DNA from: Candidatus Hadarchaeota archaeon
GTDB lineage: Archaea > CAYQAE01 > CAYVLA01
DNA length: 64,000 nt
Direction: 5' to 3'
Assembly (NCBI GenBank): GCA_964621445.1
Contig: CAZUNO010000012.1
Span: forward strand, 1-64,000
The notes under the pieces were generated by a model. It was given only the letters and a program-made list of their open reading frames with translations, did no database searches and was not told the origin of the DNA. The translations under genes and the position numbers were made by a program. Positions 39,423 to 48,838 of the stretch are shown piece after piece (position 1 is the first letter of the stretch; each line of letters begins with the position of its first letter).

Positions 39423-40397
39423 ATGGTAACAAAAAACAGCCCAAATGATTCCTCCTTAAGCCTGAATGAAAAGGCCATGACCCTGGTTCAAAGACTTGTG
39501 GATAATGCCGCATATTACAAAGTTGAGATATCCCGTCTAAAGGATGGATCTACCCTCATAGATGGAGGTTTGGAGGGTCAGGGAGGGCTGAGAGCCGGGG
39601 AATTAATTGCGGAGATATCCATGGGAGGGCTAGGTTCGGTCGATCTCACCCGTTTGGATCTATTCGACCAGAAGTTCCCGGGCGTATATGTTTCTACCGA
39701 TCACCCGCTGCTTTCCTGCCTTCTTTCACAGCTAGCAGGCTGGTCCATCAAGGTTGGTAAATTTCGTGCGCTGGGATCCGGGCCTGCCCGAGCCCTGGCC
39801 CAAACCGAAGCAGTTTTCGATGAATACAGCTATCATGATGACCATTCGGAGGGCGTGCTGATCCTGGAGACCTCAAAAAAGCCCTCCCACAAGGTATCTA
39901 CATATGTCAGCAAGAAATGCAAAATCGACCCCAAGGACCTCTATATCGTGATTACCCCAACCTCAAGCCCCGCAGGAAACCTGCAGATCTGCTCCAGAAT
40001 CGTGGAGACCGGGATCCACAAGATGAACGAGCTGGATATCGACATCGGCATGATCCGATCGGGCATAGGTTCTTGCCCACTTCCCCCGCTCTGCAAAAAT
40101 GACCTCACCATGATGGGCAGGACCAACGATGCAATTCTCTACGGCGGTATTACCCATTACCAATCCCTCGCCAGCTTGGCAAGGGACAAAATTGAATCCA
40201 TCCCCTCCTGCTCATCCCCGGATTATGGGAAGCCCTTCGAGGAGCTATTCAAGGCCGCAGGTGGGGATTTCTACAAACTCGATCAGGGGTTATTCAGCCC
40301 GGCCCTGGTCCAGATAAACGATCTAGAAGAGGGAAGTTTTGACTCATCTGGCCTCGTAAACGAGGAGGTTCTGAAGGAGTCCTTCGACATCACCTAG
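39423..40397 (+). CDS. mch: Methenyltetrahydromethanopterin cyclohydrolase
   Basis: SLNEKA, SQLAGW, GSGPARAL, RIVETGIHK, MGRTNDAILYGG, SSPDYGKPF, DFYKLD. Confidence 0.95.
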   Translation: MVTKNSPNDSSLSLNEKAMTLVQRLVDNAAYYKVEISRLKDGSTLIDGGLEGQGGLRAGELIAEISMGGLGSVDLTRLDLFDQKFPGVYVSTDHPLLSCLLSQLAGWSIKVGKFRALGSGPARALAQTEAVFDEYSYHDDHSEGVLILETSKKPSHKVSTYVSKKCKIDPKDLYIVITPTSSPAGNLQICSRIVETGIHKMNELDIDIGMIRSGIGSCPLPPLCKNDLTMMGRTNDAILYGGITHYQSLASLARDKIESIPSCSSPDYGKPFEELFKAAGGDFYKLDQGLFSPALVQINDLEEGSFDSSGLVNEEVLKESFDIT

Positions 40398-42045
40398 CAA
40401 CCTCAATAGCCCGTTGCAGTATATCGCTGACCGCTTCATTACCAAGTGCACTTACCAGCGGGCCAAACCTCGGGCCAGATTTCTTTTTCAGCACCAACCG
40501 GTAGAGGATTCGGAACATCCTTCCTGGTTTAACTCCATGATTCTTGGCTTCGCTAAAAATCGTGGACTGGATCTCGCCCGGTCCTGGGGAGGAGCGGATA
40601 CAGGAATTTATCCTCTCTAGGGCTGAAATTTCATTCTCAGAGAGCTGGGAAACGAAATCGCGGTCCGGAACCTCGGCTAATGTGAGAGCCTGATCGGGGA
40701 CATATGATTCCACCCAGCGAAGGCCGAACTGCAACCTCCTTCTTATGAACTCAACATCCTCACCGCTAAGTTCCTCACCGATTATACCCGATCTCTGAAG
40801 AGTTTCAAGTGCCTCCTGGATCTGGGTTTCCGGGTCGTATATCTGGGCAATTAATGAAGCGAAGGAGAAATCCACCATGGCAGGTCTCTTATCAGGGATA
40901 TCGCCGAGTTGCGAAATCTCATACAATCTGCTCATATGAGCTCTTTCTCGTTCATTTGAGGGAACCGTTATCCCGTAGTAGACATCGGCGTGGCGGTCAT
41001 AATCGGAATAGAGCCTGGGTAGACCGCGCCAGGTAAAGCTTCTGGTCTTCATTAACTTCTTGTTATAGAGAAAACGGAGTAGTTCCGGGGGAGCAACCTG
41101 CAGCCACTGGGATGGATAAACCACATTGCCAACTGATGCGCTCATCTTCTCTCCATCGATCATTAGATGCTCGTAGAAGAATGGCTCGGGCATGGGGTAA
41201 TCGAGTATTCGTTCCACGATCTCCCCGTTAACCCACCATGCGCTGGTTGGAACCTCGTACTCCTTTCCGCCACCTTCACAGGCCACGTTCCAGCGAGCCC
41301 ATTCACTGGCCCATTCTCCCTTCCAAAGTAGCTTGCCCTCGTCACTAGTGGCCTCCGCCTCCCCGATATATCCACAGCCACGGGCCGTGGTCTTTTCGAA
41401 GTCGTAATCCCTGCACTCGTATCTTACCTTCGTACCACGTAATTCAATTATTCGGGGGGTAATTATCTTTCCGCACTTGCTGCAGATCGGTTTCCAGGGG
41501 CTCCAGGTTTTAGAAAGTTCCGAATCCCGGTACTTACCCAGGATTTCCTTTACCTCGTCCACTTTTTGAAGGATACTCCTTATGTATGAGCTGAAAAAAC
41601 CCTTCTTGTACTGCTCACGCATGGAGAAGATATCCATCTCGTTGGACACGAATTTGTGAATAACGTCGAGGTATTCTTCCTGATGGTGCTCCGCGTAGGA
41701 TTGATGGCATCCCTGCGGGTCGGGAACATCGGTAACCGGTTTTCCAAGATAATCCTCATATTCCTTGGGAACCCCCCTTGGTATCTTTCTAAGAGGATCC
41801 ATATCCTCAGCTACCCAGATCATCCTGGCATCTACCCCTGCATCCTCCAGAGCTGTAACCACGGAATCCGCCCGAATGGTATCGCTAAGGCGTCCTATGT
41901 GGAGCACCCCTGATAGAGAGGCTGAGGATTTAACCACATACAGGTCCCTCTTCTCGACTGGCTTGTCCAGGAAATGAAAGCTACTTCTTTGAATTATGTC
42001 TGCGGCCTTCTGATCGGCCCAGAAGAGTGATTCCTCCATAAACAC
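40390..42045 (-). CDS. lysS: Lysine--tRNA ligase class I
   Basis: FWADQKA, SGVLHIG, DMDPLRKIP, GKLLWK.EW, KMSASVGN, GPRFG. Confidence 0.95.
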   Translation of the reverse strand: MFMEESLFWADQKAADIIQRSSFHFLDKPVEKRDLYVVKSSASLSGVLHIGRLSDTIRADSVVTALEDAGVDARMIWVAEDMDPLRKIPRGVPKEYEDYLGKPVTDVPDPQGCHQSYAEHHQEEYLDVIHKFVSNEMDIFSMREQYKKGFFSSYIRSILQKVDEVKEILGKYRDSELSKTWSPWKPICSKCGKIITPRIIELRGTKVRYECRDYDFEKTTARGCGYIGEAEATSDEGKLLWKGEWASEWARWNVACEGGGKEYEVPTSAWWVNGEIVERILDYPMPEPFFYEHLMIDGEKMSASVGNVVYPSQWLQVAPPELLRFLYNKKLMKTRSFTWRGLPRLYSDYDRHADVYYGITVPSNERERAHMSRLYEISQLGDIPDKRPAMVDFSFASLIAQIYDPETQIQEALETLQRSGIIGEELSGEDVEFIRRRLQFGLRWVESYVPDQALTLAEVPDRDFVSQLSENEISALERINSCIRSSPGPGEIQSTIFSEAKNHGVKPGRMFRILYRLVLKKKSGPRFGPLVSALGNEAVSDILQRAIEVAR

Positions 42046-42073
42046 ACCAAAAATACTAGTCGCGGGTCCAAGA

Positions 42074-42265
42074 TGCCGTTCGCCCCGGTTTTTACCGGTG
42101 GAGCGGGGTTCGAACCCGCGACTTCCGTCTCAAATGAGACTCCGGATGTCCCAGTGACATGGCCGGTGAACCTATACTCGGTCTCCGTGCCCTAAGGTCT
42201 CCTATGAGTCCGGCGCGCTCTCCGGTCGAACCTTGAGGTTCGATAACCGGCTGCGCCATCCCGGC
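42074..42265 (-). tRNA. tRNA-Met(CAU), elongator, interrupted by four introns
   Basis: Exons 42265-42245, 42219-42203, 42147-42140, 42122-42100 and 42078-42074 join into a 74-nt cloverleaf: GCCGGGA/TCCCGGC acceptor, GCGC D-stem, CCGGA-CTCATAA-TCCGG anticodon arm, GCGGG-TTCGAAC-CCCGC T arm. TATA-like TTTATAT about 30 nt upstream. Confidence 0.88.
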
Positions 42266-42338
42266 ATAGGTTCTCTGACGCGATGCCGGAAAAACGCATA
42301 TAAATATATCTGCATATTCACCTTCCACGAGGTTCATT

Positions 42339-43844
42339 ATGACTACCCTAGTACAGGAAGTGGGAGGTTTTAGAAAACGTAAAGCCGATCTAAGGATCGC
42401 CCTCGTCTATCCCAATATCTACCCGGTCGGGATGGCAAATCTGGGGCTCCACACGGTATATTCCCTCTTCAACTCCTATGAGAAAATTGCCTGCGAGAGG
42501 TTCTTCCTGGGGATGGACAAGTCCATGGAGACCAATACCCCCTTGGGCCTATTCGATGTCATCGCCTTCTCCCTTCAATACGAGATGGATTATACCAATG
42601 TTATCAAGATTCTCAAGTCATGCAACATCGAACCCGATAGGCGGAGAAGAAATGGACCCATGGTCATCGCCGGGGGGCCATGTTGTTTCAACCCCCTTCC
42701 CCTAACGGGCATCATTGACCTGTTCGTTGTCGGTGAGATTGAACCTCTGGCCAATGACCTCGTCGAGGGTCTTCTCGAGGGCTATGGTACAGACGAGATG
42801 TCTTCAACTCCGGGTCTACTATCAAGTCAACTCCTGAACCTCACGAAGGCAGCTCGCGCAATGGATCTGGACTCAATTCCCGCTCCCCTAAATCAACCTC
42901 GCCCAGTGTCGGGAGTTAATCCGGCCCTGGGCGAGACTTTTCTGGTCGAGATATCGAGGGGATGCAACGTTAGATGCAGGTTCTGCATGTATTCCCATTG
43001 CACCTTCCCTAAAAGGGAGAGATCATTCCAGAGAATCAAGGAGGTAGTTGATAAGGGCCTGAAAATCACTAAATCTCCCAAGGTCTCATTGATTGGGGCC
43101 CTGGTTACGGATCATTCCGAGATAAAGGAGATACTCCATTACCTGTCCGAGATCGGGGTCTCGGTCTCCCTTCCATCGATCAGAACTGATGGCGTGGACG
43201 ATGAACTGATGGAACTGATCAGGGCTCTTGGGGTTAGGACCTTGACAATTGCACCCGAGGGAAGCCCGAAAATTAGATCTACTCTCAAGAAGGGAATTTC
43301 GGAGGATAGCATAAGGTATGTGTCCGAGGCGGCGGTTGATTACGGCGTGGAAAAGCTTCGGATGTACTTCATCACCGGGGTTCCTGGAGAAACCACCCAA
43401 GACCTGGAGTATATCGCAAACCTGTCAGCCGATCTCTCGAGGATTTACGGAAGACGCCGCGTTACCGCCAGCGTTAACCCCCTGGTTCCTAAACCCCACA
43501 CGCCGGCGGAATTCCTTCCCATGTCTAAACGTGGGCGACTGAAATCAAATTATTCCTTTCTTAGAAAATTCACCCCGGATTCCGTCAACCTGAACTTGCA
43601 GAGCATAAGAGAGTCAATTATACAGGCCTATCTGGCCAAAGGAACGGCCATAACCGCTAAGGTGCTATTATCGATGGATACCGGCTCCACGAGCTATGGC
43701 GAATGGAAACGAGCGGCAGAAAGGGAGGGAGACTCCATTAATCGGATATTTTCACCTCCTGACGATACCCCCTGGGACATCGTAGATTCTGGTTTAAACC
43801 GGAGCTATCTTAAAAGACAGCACCAATCCATGCTGCAAAATTAA
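42339..43844 (+). CDS. Radical SAM protein with N-terminal B12-binding-like domain
   Basis: YPNIYPVGMANLG, IAGGPC, EISRGCNVRCRFC, YFITGVPGET, PKPHTP. Confidence 0.88.
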   Translation: MTTLVQEVGGFRKRKADLRIALVYPNIYPVGMANLGLHTVYSLFNSYEKIACERFFLGMDKSMETNTPLGLFDVIAFSLQYEMDYTNVIKILKSCNIEPDRRRRNGPMVIAGGPCCFNPLPLTGIIDLFVVGEIEPLANDLVEGLLEGYGTDEMSSTPGLLSSQLLNLTKAARAMDLDSIPAPLNQPRPVSGVNPALGETFLVEISRGCNVRCRFCMYSHCTFPKRERSFQRIKEVVDKGLKITKSPKVSLIGALVTDHSEIKEILHYLSEIGVSVSLPSIRTDGVDDELMELIRALGVRTLTIAPEGSPKIRSTLKKGISEDSIRYVSEAAVDYGVEKLRMYFITGVPGETTQDLEYIANLSADLSRIYGRRRVTASVNPLVPKPHTPAEFLPMSKRGRLKSNYSFLRKFTPDSVNLNLQSIRESIIQAYLAKGTAITAKVLLSMDTGSTSYGEWKRAAEREGDSINRIFSPPDDTPWDIVDSGLNRSYLKRQHQSMLQN

Positions 43845-43941
43845 AAGAATTCCGCCTGCCATTTGGAATTTTAGCATTGAGATTAACCTAAGAGGGTTTT
43901 ATTAGCGTCTGAGAAAGCATTAATAGCCACGTCAAAACACT

Positions 43942-44649
43942 ATGTATCTAGGAGATCTAGTCTTGTTTTGTCCTCGCTGTAATGAAAGGATTAGCGAGAG
44001 TTGGACCTACTGTCCCCGATGTGGAGCAAAGCTTCCAGGTTCCAAAAATTCCTCTGGCCAGGAGATTAATGGATCATTTAATGATATGTTCGAGGATATC
44101 CGAAAGCAGATGAAGGATGCCCTGAAGGATGATCTTTCGGGAGATATCGAGTTCTTTGATCTTAAGCCCGAATTTCTCAAGAAACATCCCTTATTCAGAT
44201 CGGGAGGGTTCCGAGTAAAGATAACCAGGGCCGGTGATGGACCACCGGATATCGACATTAAGGCCTTCGGTGATATAGATGAGAAGACGGCCGAGAAGAT
44301 ACAGAAAGCCATGAAGAAACAAAAGGTAAATCTTGATGACAGGAAGGAAAGGGAAGAGAAAGAGCAGGAAAAAGGGTCCAAGAAACAGGAAACCCGGTAC
44401 AAACAGATCTCGGAATACAGGGAACCGACCTGCGAGACCAAATGGGCCGGGGATCACTTGGTAGTGGAGCTAGATCTACCTGGTGTAAAGAGTGAGGACC
44501 ATATCGACATTAGAAAGCTAACCGAGAGCATCGAGATCAAGGCATTTGCCGGAAATCAAGGGTACTTCAAGATCCTAAGCATACCAGAGGACGCAAAATT
44601 GTTCAAGAAGGAGTTCCGAGACCACAAGCTCAAATTGAATATCAAATAG
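43942..44649 (+). CDS. Zinc-ribbon plus Hsp20-like protein
   Basis: CPRC..WTYCPRCG, GFRVKIT..GDGPP, EP..E....LVVELDLPGVKS alpha-crystallin-like tail. Confidence 0.75.
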   Translation: MYLGDLVLFCPRCNERISESWTYCPRCGAKLPGSKNSSGQEINGSFNDMFEDIRKQMKDALKDDLSGDIEFFDLKPEFLKKHPLFRSGGFRVKITRAGDGPPDIDIKAFGDIDEKTAEKIQKAMKKQKVNLDDRKEREEKEQEKGSKKQETRYKQISEYREPTCETKWAGDHLVVELDLPGVKSEDHIDIRKLTESIEIKAFAGNQGYFKILSIPEDAKLFKKEFRDHKLKLNIK

Positions 44650-44695
44650 GTCTCCTCCTCGAAACATTAAAGAATTCTCTCGCCCTCCTCAATCC

Positions 44696-44770
44696 AGCGA
44701 GGTGGGGCAGCCAGGAGTGCCCGACGGGCTCATAACCCGTAGGTCAGTGGTTCAAATCCACTCCTCGCTA
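44696..44770 (+). tRNA. Initiator tRNA-Met(CAU), intronless
   Basis: AGCGAGG/CCTCGCT acceptor with A1-U72, G11-C24, three G-C pairs in the anticodon stem (GGG-CTCATAA-CCC), TTCAAAT T-loop; CCA not encoded. Confidence 0.96.
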
Positions 44771-44813
44771 TTCTTGCTTTTATTCCCGGAAAATTATCTT
44801 TATTTGCCAATCT

Positions 44814-45698
44814 CTATCGTTTTCCCAGCCATTTTTCCAGGAAACCTATGTCACCTGGATCGACACCTAACTTTTCGCTAACCACAAAAGGTGTTGGACA
44901 AGCATTTTCAACATTATGTATATCGCTCCCCAGCACCAGCTTTCCTCCCGAATCTATGAATTCTTCCAGGAAGTAGATGTACCTTTCGGCAAATGATTGG
45001 TGATTCATTGCCAATATCCTGCCCCAGCTTGATTGGTTTATTTCCAAAGGCACATTACGACTATCGGAGACCGCTGCTAACCTTCTAACATCAATTCCAA
45101 GAAGCTCCTGTACATCGCTTAGAGGATCGCCAATGGACATAAGAGGGGGGAACGGGTCCTGCTTTGGCATCTTAGGCCCAACGCCGGTCTTGCCCAGCAT
45201 ATCATTGATCAATGCCCTTAGAGGATGGGCCAAGAATCCCGGAACACCGTACTCCTCCCTTACCTCCGAGATGACTTCCATTCCCCGAATGAGGTAATCT
45301 CCTAGCTCGACTCCATTATCCGGTCTACTTGGTTCTCCTATTATGAAGTCCACCTCGGCCTCCTCCATGGCCGATCTACCGGTTTCCGATTCGAAATGAG
45401 CTAGCCCGATTTCGGGGGAGAAAAGAATGATCGCGCCCGGGAAATGATCCTTTTCCTCTCTTACTTCCTTGGCGAATATCCTATATCCACCGAGGGTCCC
45501 GGGGTAGTGATTCAGCCTTGCGCTAGCACCGAGGGTAAAACGCCCGAAATGATCCGTTACACCGATAATCCTGCGGCCACTGGCGACTGCAAAGGAAATG
45601 AAATCATGAAGCGAACAGCCCTTGGGTCTTTCGGTACCAGCGTGAAAATGGAGGTCTATGTTGAAGAGCTCCAGGTTATCCCAGCTTGGGGGTTCCAT
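44814..45698 (-). CDS. PHP-family metal-dependent hydrolase
   Basis: IDLHFH, VTDH, LAHP, LEIN, GSDIH. Confidence 0.78.
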   Translation of the reverse strand: MEPPSWDNLELFNIDLHFHAGTERPKGCSLHDFISFAVASGRRIIGVTDHFGRFTLGASARLNHYPGTLGGYRIFAKEVREEKDHFPGAIILFSPEIGLAHFESETGRSAMEEAEVDFIIGEPSRPDNGVELGDYLIRGMEVISEVREEYGVPGFLAHPLRALINDMLGKTGVGPKMPKQDPFPPLMSIGDPLSDVQELLGIDVRRLAAVSDSRNVPLEINQSSWGRILAMNHQSFAERYIYFLEEFIDSGGKLVLGSDIHNVENACPTPFVVSEKLGVDPGDIGFLEKWLGKR

Positions 45699-45887
45699 AT
45701 TCAGATTCTATAAGACGATCTCTATAACTTTAAGCTTCCTGGAATCCGCTGGATGGGAGAAAATCCCCAATTTTCACTGGCTCCATGCTTAACTCCCTGG
45801 AAGCTGGCCTACTTCGACGCCCAGATGAACTCATCGTCCTCCTGGCTCAGTTTTAAGTTCTGGTAATTAATGTACTAATCGGTAAAA

Positions 45888-46595
45888 ATGGTCAGCCCTG
45901 CAAAAGTATTTCGCATTCGTGAAGATATTGATACTGAATCCATAGCCGATATCCTCGATCAATTCCGGGAGGAGGAGTCCGTATTGACCGAGCAGGATGA
46001 GGAAACCAAGCTGGTGACCGAGGTCCTTGACCTAGACCTGGAAGAAGGCGTCCTCAGCGGGGTTTTCAGCAAGGATTTTCTCAAGACCGAGCGCTACAGG
46101 AGGAAGGTGATCGAAACTCCGGTGACCGAAGAGGCTCCCTTCTGGATACGGGAATCCGAAGGACAAGCGTATCTTGTCGTCTTCGCGCCATCGGTGGCCC
46201 GCGGTGTGAAAAAGCTACTCACCAGTCACGTCGCCCGTGAACTCGCGGGTATTCTTTTCATGGAAAGAGGTTCAATCGTCGAAACCAAGATATCCCATGA
46301 AACCCTAAAGGAAGTCCATGAATCCAACCCCAGGGCCACCAAACTTATCTGGTTCGATAATATCGATTTTCCGGATGTAGGAAAGCTCTGCCTTTCGGGT
46401 TCCTCCATTGCAGATACCGATCTTTACAACCAATACCTGGATCACGGGAAGATATGGTATGCGGTATTTGAAGTCGAGCAATACGGAATGGTAATTGGGC
46501 TAACTCGAAGCTGCGTGGTGACGCTGTTCAGCAAGGCAACGCCGGAGGAATTTTCTCAATACATACTCAACGAGATACTACCGCTGACGGAGTAG
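45888..46595 (+). CDS. Hypothetical protein
   Basis: 235-aa ORF with ATG and an upstream TATA-like TTTAAG; no motif recognised. Confidence 0.7.
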   Translation: MVSPAKVFRIREDIDTESIADILDQFREEESVLTEQDEETKLVTEVLDLDLEEGVLSGVFSKDFLKTERYRRKVIETPVTEEAPFWIRESEGQAYLVVFAPSVARGVKKLLTSHVARELAGILFMERGSIVETKISHETLKEVHESNPRATKLIWFDNIDFPDVGKLCLSGSSIADTDLYNQYLDHGKIWYAVFEVEQYGMVIGLTRSCVVTLFSKATPEEFSQYILNEILPLTE

Positions 46596-46657
46596 ATTCC
46601 TCCTAAATATCCCTGTGTCACAATTTTAAACATCAAATATCGTCTATCAACGGTTGG

Positions 46658-48022
46658 GTGCTGGCATTGAAAGAATTCCGCGACCAAAGTAAGTTTGCAG
46701 ATAATATCATCAAGGAGGCCCGGAAGGAGATAGACCTCGAGACCCGGATTCCCAAAAAAGAGTACCAGCAGAGGTGGAGTTCCGTACAGAGGGCCATGGA
46801 AGATAATGAAATTGACCTCATCTACGCCTGCGGAAGCGAGCTTGACCGTTCCGATACGGCCTGGCTGGCCGGAATATTCGACCCAATCATCGAGAGATAC
46901 GGCGTTCTACTTCCCATTGACGGGAAACCCGTAATCCTCGCCGGTTCGGAAGGAGGACACGTGCTGGAAGAGGCCGCGGATAGGTCAGGGGCAGATATCT
47001 TCCTCCTACGCGAATTTCAGATCTCGGATGAGGAATATCGTCACGCGGATTTCACATCTTTGGACCAGGTATTGAAATCGATTGGAATGACGGACCCCAA
47101 GATGGTGGCCATAGTATCCAGCCCGGAATTCCTACCCCTCTCCCAGTATCGGCTTTTGAGAAAAAAATTTGGCGATGCGGTTTGCTTTAACCCGCTTCTG
47201 AAGCAATTGAAGTATGAGAAATCTCATGCTGAACTCAGGGTCTGCGAACAGGCGAACATTATTGCAGATGCTGGCATGAGGGCCATGCTTGCCTCCCTTC
47301 GCCCTGGAATGACTGAGCTGCAGCTGGCCGGAATCGGAGATTACGTAATGAAGGAGCTTGGAGCCGGACGTACGGGGTTTCCAACAATAATCACCTCCGG
47401 GGAAAGGAATTACACGGTAATAGGGCCGGCTACCAATAAGGTGATAAAGGACGGGGAAATGGTATCTCTCGGTCTTAGCCCAACCTTCAATGGTTACCAC
47501 GGAGTTGTTAGACGTACGGTTAAGGTTGGCGAATTAACCAGGAAACAGAGGGAATTCATGACCAGCGTTGAGGACCTCTATCGTGTAGTGATGGAAGCCA
47601 CAATTGAAGCCGCCGAACATGATCTGCCCTCAAACCACATAGATAGGGCAGGGAAAGAGTTTCTGGACCGCCTGGAGCTAAAGACGATTGCAGGCTCTCT
47701 GGACACTCCACCGGAACCCTATACCTTCCTCCATAATACGGGGTGCTCCGAGTGTCAAGAGGGATTCGGAGCGGTAACTCCACACACAGATCACCCCCTT
47801 GGCCAGAATGTTGCCCTAATGATTGACATCGCATTACTCGGATTCGAGGAAAGAGGTAAACCGATATTCGAAGTACTCTATGGAGTGATCGAGGACGCAC
47901 TCTGGAAAATGGACAGCAGGGTCGGTGTATATAACAAGCTTCCACTTGACGTGCAGGAACTGGTGGGTAGCGAGGCTGAATTTGAGAGAAATCCATACCA
48001 CTGCCCACTACCTAGAGGCTAA
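46658..48022 (+). CDS. M24 (pita-bread) fold protein, creatinase/prolidase-like
   Basis: EYQQRW..VQ..M, KYEKSHAEL, RPGMTE, GYHGVVRRT, IED. Confidence 0.8.
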   Translation: MLALKEFRDQSKFADNIIKEARKEIDLETRIPKKEYQQRWSSVQRAMEDNEIDLIYACGSELDRSDTAWLAGIFDPIIERYGVLLPIDGKPVILAGSEGGHVLEEAADRSGADIFLLREFQISDEEYRHADFTSLDQVLKSIGMTDPKMVAIVSSPEFLPLSQYRLLRKKFGDAVCFNPLLKQLKYEKSHAELRVCEQANIIADAGMRAMLASLRPGMTELQLAGIGDYVMKELGAGRTGFPTIITSGERNYTVIGPATNKVIKDGEMVSLGLSPTFNGYHGVVRRTVKVGELTRKQREFMTSVEDLYRVVMEATIEAAEHDLPSNHIDRAGKEFLDRLELKTIAGSLDTPPEPYTFLHNTGCSECQEGFGAVTPHTDHPLGQNVALMIDIALLGFEERGKPIFEVLYGVIEDALWKMDSRVGVYNKLPLDVQELVGSEAEFERNPYHCPLPRG

Positions 48023-48789
48023 TCAAGGCGATAGGCGGTCGGTCGTCTGTCCTCAAGGATATCGTTAAGGCCAGTCACCTTCTTGTCCCGGGCGGAAGAG
48101 GTATCAACCTTCACCACCGATTTCTCAATGCAAGAATTACCGGCCCTTGATAGAACGTTTCCTTTAGGTGAAACAATCAGGGACCCGCCCACGAAATCCA
48201 GGCCTCTCTCACTCCCTACCCTGCTGGCCGTAACGATAAAAACGTGGTTTTCAATGGCCCTGACAAGGGCTGCTGTGGGCCAGAATGGCAGAACCAGGTT
48301 GGCAGGGTGAGCGATGATTTCGGCTCCCTTTAACATTAGGGTCCTGCAGGATTCAGGGAAGAACCAGTCGAAACACACCATCATTCCGATTTTAGCCCCC
48401 CTCCATGAATGTACGTCGAAGCTGGATCCAGGGCTGAAGATCTTCTTCTCCCTGTCAAATAGGTGGACCTTCCTGTGTACCTTAATCCCCTCAGGAGTTA
48501 TGAGGGCTGATGAGTTATAGAATTTCTCCGACGCCCGCTCCGCGAAACCTGCCACGATGGCCCTGTCCTTTTGGCTGCTAATTTCCTGGAGGGCGGCCAG
48601 GGTTCTTCCATCCGGGACCTCCTCTGCTAGATCTACCAATTCCGTCCTGCTCAGCGAGTAGCCAGTGTTGAATAGCTCCGGTAAGACGATTAGATCCGCA
48701 TGGATATCCCCGATAATGTCCAGTACTTCATCGATATTTCTCCCCACCTCTCCCAGTACTGGTCTTGTTTGAACATATCCTATTCTCAT
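48019..48789 (-). CDS. Carbon-nitrogen hydrolase (nitrilase family)
   Basis: LPELF, RKVHLF, MVCFDWFFPE catalytic triad. Confidence 0.92.
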   Translation of the reverse strand: MRIGYVQTRPVLGEVGRNIDEVLDIIGDIHADLIVLPELFNTGYSLSRTELVDLAEEVPDGRTLAALQEISSQKDRAIVAGFAERASEKFYNSSALITPEGIKVHRKVHLFDREKKIFSPGSSFDVHSWRGAKIGMMVCFDWFFPESCRTLMLKGAEIIAHPANLVLPFWPTAALVRAIENHVFIVTASRVGSERGLDFVGGSLIVSPKGNVLSRAGNSCIEKSVVKVDTSSARDKKVTGLNDILEDRRPTAYRLD

Positions 48790-48838
48790 CGGTTATCATC
48801 CCTTGACATGGTTCCATATCCCACCAAAATTGGTTTAT

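Noticed and set aside
39423-40397. Evidence of methanogenesis
   Set aside because: mch alone occurs in many non-methanogenic archaea; no mcr or mtr genes are in the window.
42148-42202. C/D-box guide RNA or a fifth nested intron in the 55-nt intron (GGAGACC occurs twice)
   Set aside because: No RTGATGA or CTGA boxes, and I could not build a BHB motif around the internal repeat.
42092-42337. 81-aa ORF, or an SRP/RNase P RNA
   Set aside because: The region is fully explained by the intron-containing tRNA-Met and its promoter.
44771-45880. Island integrated at the initiator tRNA 3' end
   Set aside because: No duplicated tRNA 3' fragment or adjacent integrase was seen.
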